NCBI RefSeq assembly: GCF_028368995.1
Contig: NZ_JAQNDL010000002.1
Coordinates: 1,504,001 to 1,568,000 of the forward strand
DNA length: 64,000 nucleotides
Direction: 5' to 3'
Origin: Nannocystis bainbridge
GTDB lineage: Bacteria > Myxococcota_A > Polyangia > Nannocystales > Nannocystaceae
The position numbers and the translations under genes were made by a program. The notes below the pieces were generated by a model. That model ran no database searches. It was not told the origin of the DNA and worked only from the letters and a program-made list of their open reading frames with translations. This document shows positions 1 to 10,486 of this stretch, one piece after another (positions within the stretch are counted from its first letter, which is position 1; each line of letters opens with the position of its first letter).

Positions 1-1
1 G

Positions 2-439
2 CTGGCCGGGGCGCTCGCGCTGGGGATCCCGGCCTCGCCGTGGCTGCTCGGCTGCACGGGCCTCCTGGCCATGTTCCTCGGCTTCGGCAAGCGGGCCCAC
101 GAGCTCGCCGGCGCCGAGGACCCGCAGAAGCAGCGCGCCGCGCTCGCGGCCTACAACCTCACCACGCTGCGGATCATCCTCTACGCGCTGGGCGTCGCCA
201 CCGTCGGCCTCTACGTCGCCTACACCCTCAGCGACCACGTGCTCGAGCTGTTCGGCACCAACCGCCTGGCGTGGACGGCCGTGTTCGGGGTGGTGGGCAT
301 CGCCCGCTTCATCTTCCTCTCGACCACCCGGCGCGAGGCCGAGTCGCCGACCGAGGAGATGCTGAAGGACCCGCTGTTCATGCTCAACTTCGTGGTCTGG
401 ATCGCCCTGACCGCCGCGCTCCTCTACGGTTGGATCTGA
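2..439 (+). CDS. UbiA-family prenyltransferase (decaprenyl-phosphate phosphoribosyltransferase-like), 5'-truncated by the window edge
   Basis: Frame open from base 2: LAGALALGIPASPWLLGCTGLLAMFLGFGKRAHEL...SPTEEMLKDP, matching the LxFGKRxxEL and PTexllxD C-terminal motifs of this family; multiple TM segments. Confidence 0.8.
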   Translation: MAGALALGIPASPWLLGCTGLLAMFLGFGKRAHELAGAEDPQKQRAALAAYNLTTLRIILYALGVATVGLYVAYTLSDHVLELFGTNRLAWTAVFGVVGIARFIFLSTTRREAESPTEEMLKDPLFMLNFVVWIALTAALLYGWI

Positions 440-446
440 GGCGCGG

Positions 447-899
447 ATGTTGACGGTCATCCAGCGGGTCTCGCGGGCGGCGGTGCGGGTCGACGGCGAG
501 GTCGTCGGCGCCATCGAGCGCGGCGCCATGTTGCTGGTCGCGGTCGAGCGCGGCGACGTCGACGCCGACGCGATCGCCACCGCCAAGAAGATCGCCTCGC
601 TGCGGTTCTTCCCCGGCGCCACGCCCATGGATCGCACCCTCGCCGAGGTCGGCGGCGGCGTCCTCGTCGTCTCGCAGTTCACCCTCGCCGGCTCGCTGCG
701 CAAGGGCCGGCGGCCCAGCTTCGAGGGCGCGGAGCTGCCCGAGCGGGCCCGCGCGCTGTACGAGGCGGTCGCCGCGGCGCTGCGGGCCGAGGGCCTCGAG
801 GTGGCCACCGGGCGCTTCGCCGCGCACATGGAGGTCGACCTCGTCAACGACGGCCCCGTCACCTTCCTGCTGCGCAGCGTCGCCGGCCAGGTCCAGTGA
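447..899 (+). CDS. dtd: D-aminoacyl-tRNA deacylase
   Basis: VIQRV N-terminus, SQFTL motif, KGRRPSF, GRFAAHMEVDLVNDGPVT. Confidence 0.96.
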   Translation: MLTVIQRVSRAAVRVDGEVVGAIERGAMLLVAVERGDVDADAIATAKKIASLRFFPGATPMDRTLAEVGGGVLVVSQFTLAGSLRKGRRPSFEGAELPERARALYEAVAAALRAEGLEVATGRFAAHMEVDLVNDGPVTFLLRSVAGQVQ

Positions 900-945
900 G
901 CCGTTCACTGGCGCGGGCGCCCGCGGAGCGCTAACGTCGCCGCGT

Positions 946-1203
946 ATGCGCACCAGCTTGCTCGTGCTCGTCGCCCTCGCCACCTCGGCCTGCGCCTCGA
1001 TGCAGGTCGGCGAGAGCCGCCGCAACGTCACGGCCTTCTGCGTCGGCGCCGACGGCAGCGCCTACGCCATCGCCACGCAGGTCAGCACCGGTGACCGCAA
1101 GAGCGACCGCGTCTGTCGCCGCGCCGTCGCCGGCATGGAGCACCCGCCCGGCGCCGACCTGCCGTGCCGGATGATGGAGTTCACGGTCGTGCGCGACAAG
1201 TAG
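946..1203 (+). CDS. small hypothetical lipoprotein
   Basis: Hydrophobic signal peptide ending in TSAC lipobox; GC3-biased codons. Confidence 0.6.
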   Translation: MRTSLLVLVALATSACASMQVGESRRNVTAFCVGADGSAYAIATQVSTGDRKSDRVCRRAVAGMEHPPGADLPCRMMEFTVVRDK

Positions 1204-1212
1204 GGCGCTCGC

Positions 1213-1294
1213 CGGCATGGCTGCGAGGACATGTCGCCGAGAGCATGTCCGTGCGGGCATGTCTTCTTGCACATGCCCGATCGCACATGTCCTC
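1213..1294. repeat. 14-bp-period array of CATG-centred decamers with terminal inverted repeat
   Basis: CATG at 1216, 1230, 1244, 1258, 1272, 1286; GAGGACATGT (1225-1234) is the inverted complement of ACATGTCCTC (1285-1294); lies between convergent genes. Confidence 0.75.
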
Positions 1295-2417
1295 AAAGCC
1301 AGCGCACGAACATGAACGCGGCCAGCACCGCCGGCGGGGCCAGCAGCAGGCCCTCGAGCCCGCGTAGGCGGCCGCTGCGTTCGGGCGCGGGCACCGGCAG
1401 GGCGGCCAGCAGGGCGGCGTTGCGCCGGCGCTCGCGCGCCAGGATCTGCAACGGGCTCAGCCACAGCGCCGCCATGGCGCACCACAGCGCGATCCTCGGC
1501 GCGTCGGGCGGCTGAGCGCGCGACACCAGCCAGCCGCTCACGAGCAGGAGGGCGACCAGGCGCAGGCGCAGCAGCGGGCACAGGCGCAGCAGCTGGGTGG
1601 TGCCGAGCTGCAGGATCGGGTTGTGCATTCGCGCGACGAAGCCCGGGCGCGGGGCGGGCACGCCGGTGCCCGCCAGCCGCCGCGTCGCCTCGCTGAGCCA
1701 CGGCACCGCCTCCCACAGCCCCGCCGCGTAGAGCCGACCGGCCGTCACGCGCACGACGAGCGCCGCCAGCATCGGCGCCGCCAGCAGCGTCCAGTGCTGC
1801 GTGCTGGCGGTCCCGCGCTCGGCCAGGCGGGCCAGCGTCAATTGCCCAGGCATGGCGATCAGCGTCGCCAGCCCGACCCCGAGCGCCGGCGCGTAAAGGT
1901 GCACGGCCGCCTCCTCGGCCGTCCAGCCGCCCGCGCCGAAGCGCTGCGCCTCGCCGATCCAGTGCTCGGGCGGGAACCGGCGCCCGGCGTAGGCCGCGAG
2001 CCCGGCGATGCCCGGCTCGATCAAGCTGGCCGCCAGCGCCAGCCACAGGAAATCACCGAGCAGCCAGGCGCAGCGCGTGAGGTCGGGCAGGGTCGCGGCC
2101 GCGATGGCGCCGGCCCCGGCGACGACGGTCAGCGCCAGGCCGCGGCGGTGCGCCGGGAGGGCCGATCGGAAGTGGCGCGCCGGCTCGATCGGCAGCGGCA
2201 GCAAGCGCTCGCGCTCGGGCGCGTGGAGGTAACCGCCGAGGCGCGCGTGCAGGCCGGCGAGCAGGAGGAACGGACCGCCGGCGAACACGAGGCCGCGCTG
2301 CGCGGTCAACTCGGGCTCGTTGGCCAGCGCGATAGACCAGGCGGCAGCCAGCACCAGCGGTGCGACCCACGCATTGGGCCAGGTCGCCGGCCAGCGGGGC
2401 AGGGGAGGGGCACGCAC
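1293..2417 (-). CDS. hypothetical polytopic membrane protein
   Basis: 374-aa ORF with many hydrophobic segments. Confidence 0.7.
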   Translation of the reverse strand: MRAPPLPRWPATWPNAWVAPLVLAAAWSIALANEPELTAQRGLVFAGGPFLLLAGLHARLGGYLHAPERERLLPLPIEPARHFRSALPAHRRGLALTVVAGAGAIAAATLPDLTRCAWLLGDFLWLALAASLIEPGIAGLAAYAGRRFPPEHWIGEAQRFGAGGWTAEEAAVHLYAPALGVGLATLIAMPGQLTLARLAERGTASTQHWTLLAAPMLAALVVRVTAGRLYAAGLWEAVPWLSEATRRLAGTGVPAPRPGFVARMHNPILQLGTTQLLRLCPLLRLRLVALLLVSGWLVSRAQPPDAPRIALWCAMAALWLSPLQILARERRRNAALLAALPVPAPERSGRLRGLEGLLLAPPAVLAAFMFVRWL

Positions 2418-2531
2418 GCGGCGAACATAACCGCACTCGAGCGCCGGGGCGAGCGCATCCCGTCGCGGCTCACGGGGCTCGGACAGCTCGACGTAGGTCT
2501 CGCCCGCGCCACGTGCGTCGGCTGGAGGCCG

Positions 2532-2921
2532 TCAGTTCTTCGCGCTGTAGATCGTGAACAGCTCGACGTCGGTCACCGCCACCAGGCGGTACGCGTGTTC
2601 GCCCTCGGCGACCGCGATCGGCGTCGCCGGCAGCAGCTCCACCCGATCGACGCTGTCGTCGGCACGGGTCTCGAGCAGGGCGCGGCCGCCGGTCAGCATC
2701 ACCGTCATGTCGCGGCGGCCCTTCGTCGAGATCGCCACCACCTCGCCGGCGCGGACCCGGAGCACCTTGGCCGTGTAGCCCTGGCCCTGGGCCCACACGA
2801 ACTCGCCGCCGAAGCTGCGGCGCTCGAACGGCGGGCCATAGTCGTCGTCACCGGGGTCGACGGCGTTCTCGTCCAGAACGGCCTCCGGCTCCTCCGAACC
2901 TGCGCGATCCCTGTGCTCCAT
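2532..2921 (-). CDS. cupin-fold hypothetical protein
   Basis: MEHRDRAG...FGGEFVWAQGQGYTAKVLRVRAGE...EHAYRLVAVTDVELFTIYS resembles mannose-6-P isomerase-like cupins; start placed at ATG 2921. Confidence 0.6.
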   Translation of the reverse strand: MEHRDRAGSEEPEAVLDENAVDPGDDDYGPPFERRSFGGEFVWAQGQGYTAKVLRVRAGEVVAISTKGRRDMTVMLTGGRALLETRADDSVDRVELLPATPIAVAEGEHAYRLVAVTDVELFTIYSAKN

Positions 2922-3399
2922 CGCCGCGATGATAGCCCGGAGCCGCGCAGCACGCGAGGGGGGGACCCGGACCCCGGGACTCTTGCCGTGACGTTGCGTG
3001 CCCATGCGCGTCCTCGCCGACCTCGTAAAGGCGTCCGGGGCGTCGACGAAGGGCGACGCGAACCACGTCTGCGTGGGGGTAGTGGCCGGTTCCTGGGCGG
3101 ACGCAGGCAGCGCGAGGTCGAGGAGTCTGCGAGGCGATCCGGCGGGCATTTCGGACGCTGACGGCGCGAACGATCGCCATCGGCGTGGGCGATCCGTCGT
3201 GCAGATAATCGGCGGCGGCGCGAACGCTCGTGTTCGCGGAGAGCGATTTGTCGAGCGCGGCGGTCGACGGCGGCGCGCACGCTCGCGGTCGACGAGGGCG
3301 ATTTGTCATGCCTCTCGATCCCAGCGGCGTGCACGCTCACGGCATGTCGCTCATCCGGCGCAAGGGCGTGCGTCCGCGGCGCGCACCAGCGGCGCAGAG

Positions 3400-3985
3400 G
3401 AGCTCTCTTCGTATCTCGACGCGGCGCGTCCGACTTCTGGGCGTCCAGCTGCTGGGCTGTCGGGCTTGTGACGTCCGGGGGCAGGAGAAAGACAGCGAGC
3501 AAGGTGCAGGCGAAGAGCACCGTGAAACCGAGCGACGCGGCGAGGACCCACGGCCTGGGCGGCGCGGGCGTGCTTGGTGGCGGTAGGACGGGCGGCCGAG
3601 CCGTCGTCGCCGATGACCGGGCGAGAGCGGGAGAGGGGCCCATCGGGACATGGAGACCAGTGACCGGCGTGAGCGCTGGCGCTGGCGGCGTCGGTTCGGG
3701 CGCGCGAGCGGTCGGCACCAGGGCCTTGCGGGCCGAGGGCTCGAGGAGTCGCCGAAGTTGCCGCCCGAGTTCGGCCGCGGAGGCCGGCCTCTGTGCCGGG
3801 TCTCCGCCGATAGCTCGCATCACCAGGTTCTCGAGGTCCGTCGGCAGCCGCACTTCAAACTCCGACGGACGTGCCGGAGCGACGCCGAGTGCAATCTCCA
3901 CCTGCTGCGCTTGTGCCGTGGTTCCACGCCACGGCATCCGGGCGGTGAGCAACTTGAACAGCGTGACGCCGAGGGCGAGCCGGGG
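3400..3985 (-). pseudogene. C-terminal remnant of a membrane-anchored Ser/Thr kinase
   Basis: ALGVTLFKLLTARMPW...DLENLVMRAIGGDPAQRPASAAELGRQL (subdomains IX-XI), then a Pro-rich linker and a TM; N-terminal catalytic lobe absent; boundaries approximate. Confidence 0.7.
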
Positions 3986-4124
3986 GCGGTATGTCTGAAG
4001 GGACATGTTCATCGAGGATCATCCGGCAATCACCGCAGCGCGTCGCGTGCATCGACCTGCGCTCGAAGCGGCCGCGCCGAGGCCAGGCGAGGCCCGATAT
4101 CGCCACGGGGGAGGCGCGGCTACG

Positions 4125-5396
4125 ATGGATTGGATGGTCTCCAGAAGAGCTCGTGCCGGGGTCCTCGCGGCCGGGCTCCTGGCCTGCGCGCCCGAGCCGT
4201 GCACCGAGGTCGAGGGGCTCGAGCTGTGGGACGCCGGCGTCTCGGGGCCGTTGTGTGTGCTCGGCGACGTCGTCGTGAACGAGCGGACGGCCGCCGAGCT
4301 CGCCCGCCTCGAGGGCATCGAATCGATCGCCGGCTCGCTCATCGTATTCGCCAACCCCGAATGGACCGAGCTGCCGCGCTTCGCTTCCCTGCGGGAGATC
4401 GGCGGCGCCCTGTCGATCTCCGACAACCCCGCGCTCACCACGATCGACGCCTTCCCGGCGCTCGAGCGGATCGGCGGGACGCTCTACGTCGGCGAGCACC
4501 CGCGCCTCGTGTCCGTCGCGCTCGGCGATCGCCTGGTCGAGATCGGCGGCCTCCAGCTCGCGCTCAACCCCGAGCTCGCCTCGATCGCCGGCCTGCAACG
4601 CATCGAGTCCGTGGCCGGCGACTTCATCGTCCAGGAGAGCGGGCGGCTCGCCACGCTCGAGTTCCCCGCGTTGACGCGGGTCGACGGGGGGCTCCGTCTC
4701 GTCGCGCTGCCGAGCCTGCGCAGCGTCGATTTCTCCGGGCTCGTGCGGAGCGGGGGCTTGAGTTTCGCGTCCACGGGCCTCGACGGGCTGGCCGGGTTCT
4801 CCGCGCTCGAGAGCGTCGGGTCGGTCATCCTCGAGGACAACTCGCGGATGACCGAGATCGAGCTCACCGGCTGGGCCCTCGGTTCCCTCAGTGTCCGCGG
4901 TAACGCGGGCCTGCGACGCCTGGCCGCGGTCCTCACCCCGGTCCCGGAGACGACCGCCTCGGTCTTCATCACCGACAACGCCGCGCTCACGCGGATCGAC
5001 TGCGCCATCGACGGCGAGGAGCTCCAGTGGCTGGTCCTCACCGACAACGCCGCGCTCGCGCAGATCGCCCCCTGGACGGGCCTCGCGCGCTTGAGCGGCC
5101 TGCGCATCCAGCACAACGCGAGCCTCACCGAGCTCCGCTCGTGGCTGCCCACGCTGTCCCGCGCCGACCAGGTGTGGATCTTCGGCAACGCCGCGCTCCC
5201 TCCCGCGGCCGTCGACGCGTTGCTCGCCGAAGTCGATCACGACCGCGAACCTCGCGTCGGCGACAACGAGGGCCAGGTGACCTTGCTCGATCCGTGCCCG
5301 TGGCCCGACGACTACGTCTGCGACGCCGAGCAAGACGCGGACGGGGAGCCGGGCACCGGCCTGTGCCTCGTCGATCCGGACGGCTGCGGAGGTTGA
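4125..5396 (+). CDS. receptor-L-domain / leucine-rich-repeat lipoprotein
   Basis: LLAC lipobox; repeated LxxIGGxLxIxxNPxLxxI units. Confidence 0.8.
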   Translation: MDWMVSRRARAGVLAAGLLACAPEPCTEVEGLELWDAGVSGPLCVLGDVVVNERTAAELARLEGIESIAGSLIVFANPEWTELPRFASLREIGGALSISDNPALTTIDAFPALERIGGTLYVGEHPRLVSVALGDRLVEIGGLQLALNPELASIAGLQRIESVAGDFIVQESGRLATLEFPALTRVDGGLRLVALPSLRSVDFSGLVRSGGLSFASTGLDGLAGFSALESVGSVILEDNSRMTEIELTGWALGSLSVRGNAGLRRLAAVLTPVPETTASVFITDNAALTRIDCAIDGEELQWLVLTDNAALAQIAPWTGLARLSGLRIQHNASLTELRSWLPTLSRADQVWIFGNAALPPAAVDALLAEVDHDREPRVGDNEGQVTLLDPCPWPDDYVCDAEQDADGEPGTGLCLVDPDGCGG

Positions 5397-6448
5397 ATGC
5401 GCGCTCCTCTTCTCGTCCTCGCTGTCCTCGTCGCTTGCGCGCCTCCGGTGTCCGACGCCGAGGAGCCGCGTCCTGCGTGGGTCGGTGAGCACTTCACCAT
5501 CGACACCACTGTCGAGACGGAGCAGCTGTGCGCCGGCAGCGTGCAGAGCCTCGATCGTTCATCGAGCGCACCTTCGCCTTCCTCGGCGAGCCGGTCCCCG
5601 ACGACTTCGTCGCGCTCGTGGAGGTTGGCGACATCTCCCTGTGCCCGCCGACGGCGCAGGCGTGTTACCTGGGGGACCCGAACACGTCGTACCTCCAATC
5701 GCTCGCCAATTTCGGTCTGCCGCTGACGACGCTGCGTCACGAGCTCGTCCACGCAATGACGTGGGAGGCGTGGGGGCCCAGCATCTCGTTCTTCGCCGAG
5801 GGCATCGCCGCCGCGCTGCAGGGGCCCGTACTCGTGGGCGCGCCCCTTCCCGTCGGCGATCAACTCACCCTCACGACGGGGACGCTCGATTACGGCGCGG
5901 TGGCGCAGTTCACCCGCTTCCTGATCGACACACGCGGCGTGGACGCCTTCCGGCGGATGTATCAGGGCGCGCAGACGTGGTCCGAGGACGACATCCGCGC
6001 GCTCTTCCTCGAGGTCTACGGTGAGTCGCTGGCCGAGCTCGAGGCGGAATACCTGGCCACGCCGCTCGGCTGCACGTACGCGGTCGACCTCTGCGACGCC
6101 GGCAGCGCCGAACGGGTCGCGGACGTCTGGGCGCACAGCTTCGTCGTCTCGTGCGACGACCCCGGCTACGTCGGCGTCCGCGACTCGTCGCAAGTGTTCT
6201 TCACGGGGATGTGGACCGCCATGACGCTCCGGGTCGAGCGCGCCGGCCGCTATCGCCTCCGCTCCTCCGACTATGTCGAGCTGGGGGGATGCGGCGCCTG
6301 TGTCGGCCCGTGGAGCGGGATCCCGGCTCTCGACACCGACATCGAGCTCGACCTCGACGCCGGGCTTTACACCCTGCTCGCGCCGGCCGCCGCCGCCACC
6401 CGCACGGTTCAGGACGTCGAGCTGCGGCTCGTCGAGCCCGCGCCCTGA
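5397..6448 (+). pseudogene. lipoprotein with HExxH metallopeptidase-like motif, frameshifted near 5555
   Basis: LVAC lipobox ORF (5397) shifts at CTCGATCGTTCATC into the frame encoding FIERTFAFL...LRHELVHA...FFAEGIA; real lesion or sequencing error. Confidence 0.65.
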
Positions 6449-6597
6449 CGGCCGGCCGCCGACCGCCACGTGCTCGCCCGAGCTCCGGCGTGGTACACGT
6501 CGGGCGTGCGCGGTCAGCTCGCGATCCTGGGAGCGCTCGCCCTGTTCCACGCGCTGTCGGTGCGCGCGAGGTCGCGGACCCGGCTCTCGAGCGCAGC

Positions 6598-6642
6598 GTT
6601 GTCGACGTACTCGAAGGCGCAGGACACGAACACCACGACGCT
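6598..6642 (-). pseudogene. 45-bp relic similar to the element gene at 40200-40841
   Basis: Encodes SVVVFVSCAFEYVDN versus SAVVYVSCVLEYVDD in the 40200 protein (10/15 identical); flanks not similar. Confidence 0.4.
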
Positions 6643-6914
6643 GTGGTGACGCGCGGTCGCTTGCGCGTGACGGGGCGAATCGCCGGTCGCTCCCCCGTTT
6701 TTCGGGCGCCGAGGTCGGGAGGATGAGCGGTCTGAACTTCGGTTCAGGTCGATGGAATGTCTCTTCGAACAGGTTCTGGGATGCGCGTGAGGGAATACGA
6801 GCGACACCGGCGTGGTTCCGCCACAGCCGCGCGTTCGAGGCCGTCCTGCACGAAGGTGGGTCCATGAGAGGCCATCCGGGCCGGTGGCACGTTCGCCCGA
6901 CTCCGCGAGTCGAC

Positions 6915-9227
6915 ATGCCCAGCCTGTCCCGGCGATCCGCCCATCGCTCTCTCATTGTTTGGACCGCAGGTCTGACGCTGCTCCTGAGCGGTGCCGCGGG
7001 CTGCGAGCGGCGCGGCGGGCCGGTGATCCTCGCCAGGGCGAAGGCGCTGGCGCCCGTGGAAGATCGGGCCGCGACGGCCGCGCTCGAGCAGGTGCGCCGC
7101 GGGTACATGGGTCGCGACTGGTGGGGGTGCGCGCACGAGGGGGCGGCCCTGCGGGAGAAGCACCCCGACGACGCGCGGCTGCAGGCGTGGACGATCCTGT
7201 GCGCGGGCCGCTCGGGGGGCAACGCGCTCGCGCAGGCGGAGGCGATGCTGGCTGAAAGGCCAGGTGACCCGTGGGCCCTGTTCGCTCGCGCCGGCGCGCT
7301 GCTCGACGACCCGTCGCGCGGCCAGCAGGAGAGCATCCCGGCGGCGCGGGCGGCACTGGCGGCCCTGGACGGGCACCCGGACGCGCTGTGGCAGCTCGGC
7401 CGGGCGCTCGTGGTCCACGCGCCGCGGATCGAGACGGTACAATTCTTCGCCGAGCACGGCGGCGCGACGCCCGATCTGCTGGCGCTCGAGCTCGCGTTCG
7501 CGATCCAGTCGATCGGGTCGACCGAGGCGCAGGTGCTCGAGCTGGCGGCGAGGACCAGGGCCGCCGACCCGAACAACGTCGACGCGGAGTTCGCGACGGC
7601 GACGTGGCTGCTGAACCACCGCCGCCCGGACGAGGCGGGCCCGCTGCTGGTCCGCGCGCTCGAGCTGTCGCCGCACTCGTCGTCGCTCCACGCGCAGCTG
7701 TGGGAGGCGCTGCTGCAGGCGAGCGATTCAGCCGCGGGCGGGGCGGGCGGGGCGATGGTGGAGGCACCGCTCGCGCGCGAGCACGACGACGCGGACCGGT
7801 CGACGTGGGAGGCGATGGTGCAGGCGGCCCGGCGCGGGCCGGAGGGTCGGCGGGCGGTGATCGACGCGGGGGTGGCGTCGCTGCTGCGCGCACGCCCGGA
7901 CTCGCCTGGGACGTTGAAGACGGCGGCCGACGTGTACGCGACGCTGGCCCCCGAGGTGCAGGCGAAGTACGAGGCCGAGCTCCTCGAGCGTTTCCCCGCC
8001 AGCGGCTCGGCGGACTGGGTCCGGGTCGGCCAGCTCCGCAAGCTGACGCAGGCGCGGTACGAACGCGAGACGAAGAAGACGCCGGACGTCGCCGCCGACG
8101 CGCAGCTGCGGGCGCAGATCGAGACGCTGCTGCGCGAGCGACCGCCGGCGCTGCCGGGGCTGCGCGCCGAGCAGTACATGGAGCTGTACTTCCTGCTGCG
8201 CGACGACGAGCAGGCCGCGCCGGAGGTGCTGCTGTCGACGCTGCAGGCGTGGGTCGAGGTCGAGCCGCGCAACTTCATCGTGCTGGCTGACGCGGCGGTC
8301 GTGCTCGCCGAGCGCACGCCGTACCGGCGTGAGGCCGAGGTGATCCTCCGCGAGGCGATCCGGCGCAGCGAGGCGATGCTGGCCGCGGGCCGGGCCCAGG
8401 AGGACGATTCGAAGATCTTCGACGAGCAGGACAGCTACTTCGCGGGCCGGATGAACAGCGCACTGGGCTCGGTGCTGCTGGCGCAGGGCCGGCGCGACGA
8501 GGCACGCGAGGCGTTCGCGCGGGTCCAGGCGCTGGCGAACAAATCACCCGAGATGGTGCTGCCGCTGGCCGCCTTCGCCGAGTCCGAGGGGCGGATCGCG
8601 GAGGCCGAGCAGCTGCTGGTCGAGGGGCTGGCGCTGTGGGGCGGCGAGAAGTCGTGCGAGGAGGCGCTGCGCGGGCTGTACCGCCGCCAGCACGGCAGCG
8701 ACCGCGGCTACGCCCGCCACCGGGCCCGGCTCGAGGACGACGTGCGGGCCAAGCGGCGCGCGCAGGTGCTGGCGGGCGCGATCGCCGAGCCGAAGCCGCT
8801 GCCGCCCTTCGCGCTGCCGCGCCTGAACGACGAGGAGCTGCGCAGCGAGGCGCTGCGCGGCCGCGTGGCGGTGATCAACCTGTGGACGACGTGGTGCGGC
8901 CCGTGCGCGGCCGAGATGCCGGCGCTGCAGCAGCTGGCCGACGCGTACGCGAAGGACCCCGACGTGGCCGTGCTGACGATCAACGGCGAGCCGCACACCG
9001 ACGAGCTGCGGGGCTGGCTGGCCGAGCGGAAGATCCGGCTCGAGGTGCTGCTCGGGGCCCGCTGGACCAGCGACAACGGGTTCACCACGCTGCCGACGAC
9101 GCTGTTCGTCGATCGCGCGGGGCGGGTCGTGTTCTCGCACGAGGGGGCGACGGAGCGGCTGGTCGAGGAATTCACGTGGCGCATCGAGGCGCTCCGCGAG
9201 GCGGGCCGGGCCGACGCCGCAGGTTGA
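6915..9227 (+). CDS. TPR-repeat lipoprotein with C-terminal TlpA-like thioredoxin domain
   Basis: AAGC lipobox, helical TPR-like body, PFALPRL...VINLWTTWCGPCAAEMP...LPTTLFVDRAG. Confidence 0.85.
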   Translation: MPSLSRRSAHRSLIVWTAGLTLLLSGAAGCERRGGPVILARAKALAPVEDRAATAALEQVRRGYMGRDWWGCAHEGAALREKHPDDARLQAWTILCAGRSGGNALAQAEAMLAERPGDPWALFARAGALLDDPSRGQQESIPAARAALAALDGHPDALWQLGRALVVHAPRIETVQFFAEHGGATPDLLALELAFAIQSIGSTEAQVLELAARTRAADPNNVDAEFATATWLLNHRRPDEAGPLLVRALELSPHSSSLHAQLWEALLQASDSAAGGAGGAMVEAPLAREHDDADRSTWEAMVQAARRGPEGRRAVIDAGVASLLRARPDSPGTLKTAADVYATLAPEVQAKYEAELLERFPASGSADWVRVGQLRKLTQARYERETKKTPDVAADAQLRAQIETLLRERPPALPGLRAEQYMELYFLLRDDEQAAPEVLLSTLQAWVEVEPRNFIVLADAAVVLAERTPYRREAEVILREAIRRSEAMLAAGRAQEDDSKIFDEQDSYFAGRMNSALGSVLLAQGRRDEAREAFARVQALANKSPEMVLPLAAFAESEGRIAEAEQLLVEGLALWGGEKSCEEALRGLYRRQHGSDRGYARHRARLEDDVRAKRRAQVLAGAIAEPKPLPPFALPRLNDEELRSEALRGRVAVINLWTTWCGPCAAEMPALQQLADAYAKDPDVAVLTINGEPHTDELRGWLAERKIRLEVLLGARWTSDNGFTTLPTTLFVDRAGRVVFSHEGATERLVEEFTWRIEALREAGRADAAG

Positions 9228-9670
9228 CCGGGGGCGCCGATTCATGACAGTCCGGCTCGCGGTCGTCGTGGACCTCGCATTCGTGCAGGCCCACGAATCG
9301 TCGGATTTCCGCGGCGTCGTCGATGCACATGTGAGCCGTGCGCCCGGGCCTCGGCAGTGCGCGAGCCGGGGACCTGCGCGGCGGAGATAGCCGCGCCGGC
9401 GGGGTGCCCAGCGCTCTTCCCGTCAGCCCGCGCTCAGCGGCGCGGGAACACGGGATCAGCCCAAGTCACTGGTGAAGGCGCACCGCGGTGGCGCGCTGGA
9501 TGGCGTTTGACGTGACGTAGCCGCCCCAGACCGCCTGGTCAAACGCGCCCGTGGCCACCGCGTGTGCCGCGGAGCGCCAGCGCACGACCGCGCACGACCT
9601 CGGCAATTCTGACCTCCGAAGCGAACGCGTTGCCCAGGAGCGAGTCGTCCGACTCGCCGACACTCAATAG

Positions 9671-10270
9671 ATGGCGGCGACGAGTCGTAAGCACCTGTTC
9701 GCGACCGAGCTGTACGCTCCGGTGGCGACGGTCCAGTTCTCCTTCGAGGGAGACACCACCGGGCTCGTGGATTCCGGGAGCCTCGCACGCAGCAGCTACA
9801 CCGTCATCTGGACCGGCAAGCCCTTCTCGCAAGTGTGGCTCGCCGCCAAGCCCGCCTTCGCCCCCACCCACGACGTATTTCTCGGCTACCACCCGCCCGA
9901 GACGGCGACGGCCACCTTGGCGGCGCAGTTCATCGCGGACGCGCTTCAGCGCGACGTGACGGTCGAAGGACGCGTCGTGACGCCGAGGCCGCTCTCGGCC
10001 TCGCCACTCGTCGATCGGCTACTCGACCCCGATCGCCTACGAGGAGAGCTTCTACGCCGAACAGGCGCAGACTCAAGCGGCATAAGCAAAGTGTCCACTT
10101 TTTCGGGGCAATCCCAACCTGTTCCTGGCTGGCGAATTGGGCAGAAACCTGTACATGCGCGCAGTATCACAGAAACACGGTATGTGCCAAGGACGCCAAG
10201 CCCGCCTCCGCCGCCTCACGTTCGCGGGTGCCGTTCCTGCCGAGGAAGAGGGGCGGGACTGGCGCGTTGA
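9671..10270 (+). CDS. hypothetical protein (3' end probably degenerate)
   Basis: Protein-like first ~130 codons; C-terminus runs into the xerC remnant. Confidence 0.35.
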   Translation: MAATSRKHLFATELYAPVATVQFSFEGDTTGLVDSGSLARSSYTVIWTGKPFSQVWLAAKPAFAPTHDVFLGYHPPETATATLAAQFIADALQRDVTVEGRVVTPRPLSASPLVDRLLDPDRLRGELLRRTGADSSGISKVSTFSGQSQPVPGWRIGQKPVHARSITETRYVPRTPSPPPPPHVRGCRSCRGRGAGLAR

Positions 10271-10312
10271 GCAACTGGCGGCGCACCTCGAGGTACTGCT
10301 GCACCACTGCCG
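10216..10312 (-). pseudogene. deleted remnant of a xerC-like recombinase gene
   Basis: AVVQQYLEVRRQLLNAPVPPLFLGRNGTR matches 12935-13020 and is fused directly to a copy of the stop-codon end of the 12691 gene (TCACGTTCGCGG). Confidence 0.75.
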
Positions 10313-10486
10313 TGTCGAGGCTGAACGAAGTGAAGGCCCTCCTCGAGGCGGCCGCGAGCAACACGGGGCGGCGTCGGGCCGGGTGACGTAGGCCGCGTCG
10401 ACTCATGCACCGACCCTTCCGTCGCGCGAGCGCGCGGGTGGTATCTCAGAGCGCAGATCGCCGACCCGCGCAACGCGTACGAGCCT

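Noticed and set aside
5312-8317. 1001-aa minus-strand ORF and similar long Arg/Ala/Pro-rich ORFs throughout
   Set aside because: Shadow frames of real genes in high-GC DNA; no motifs and atypical composition.
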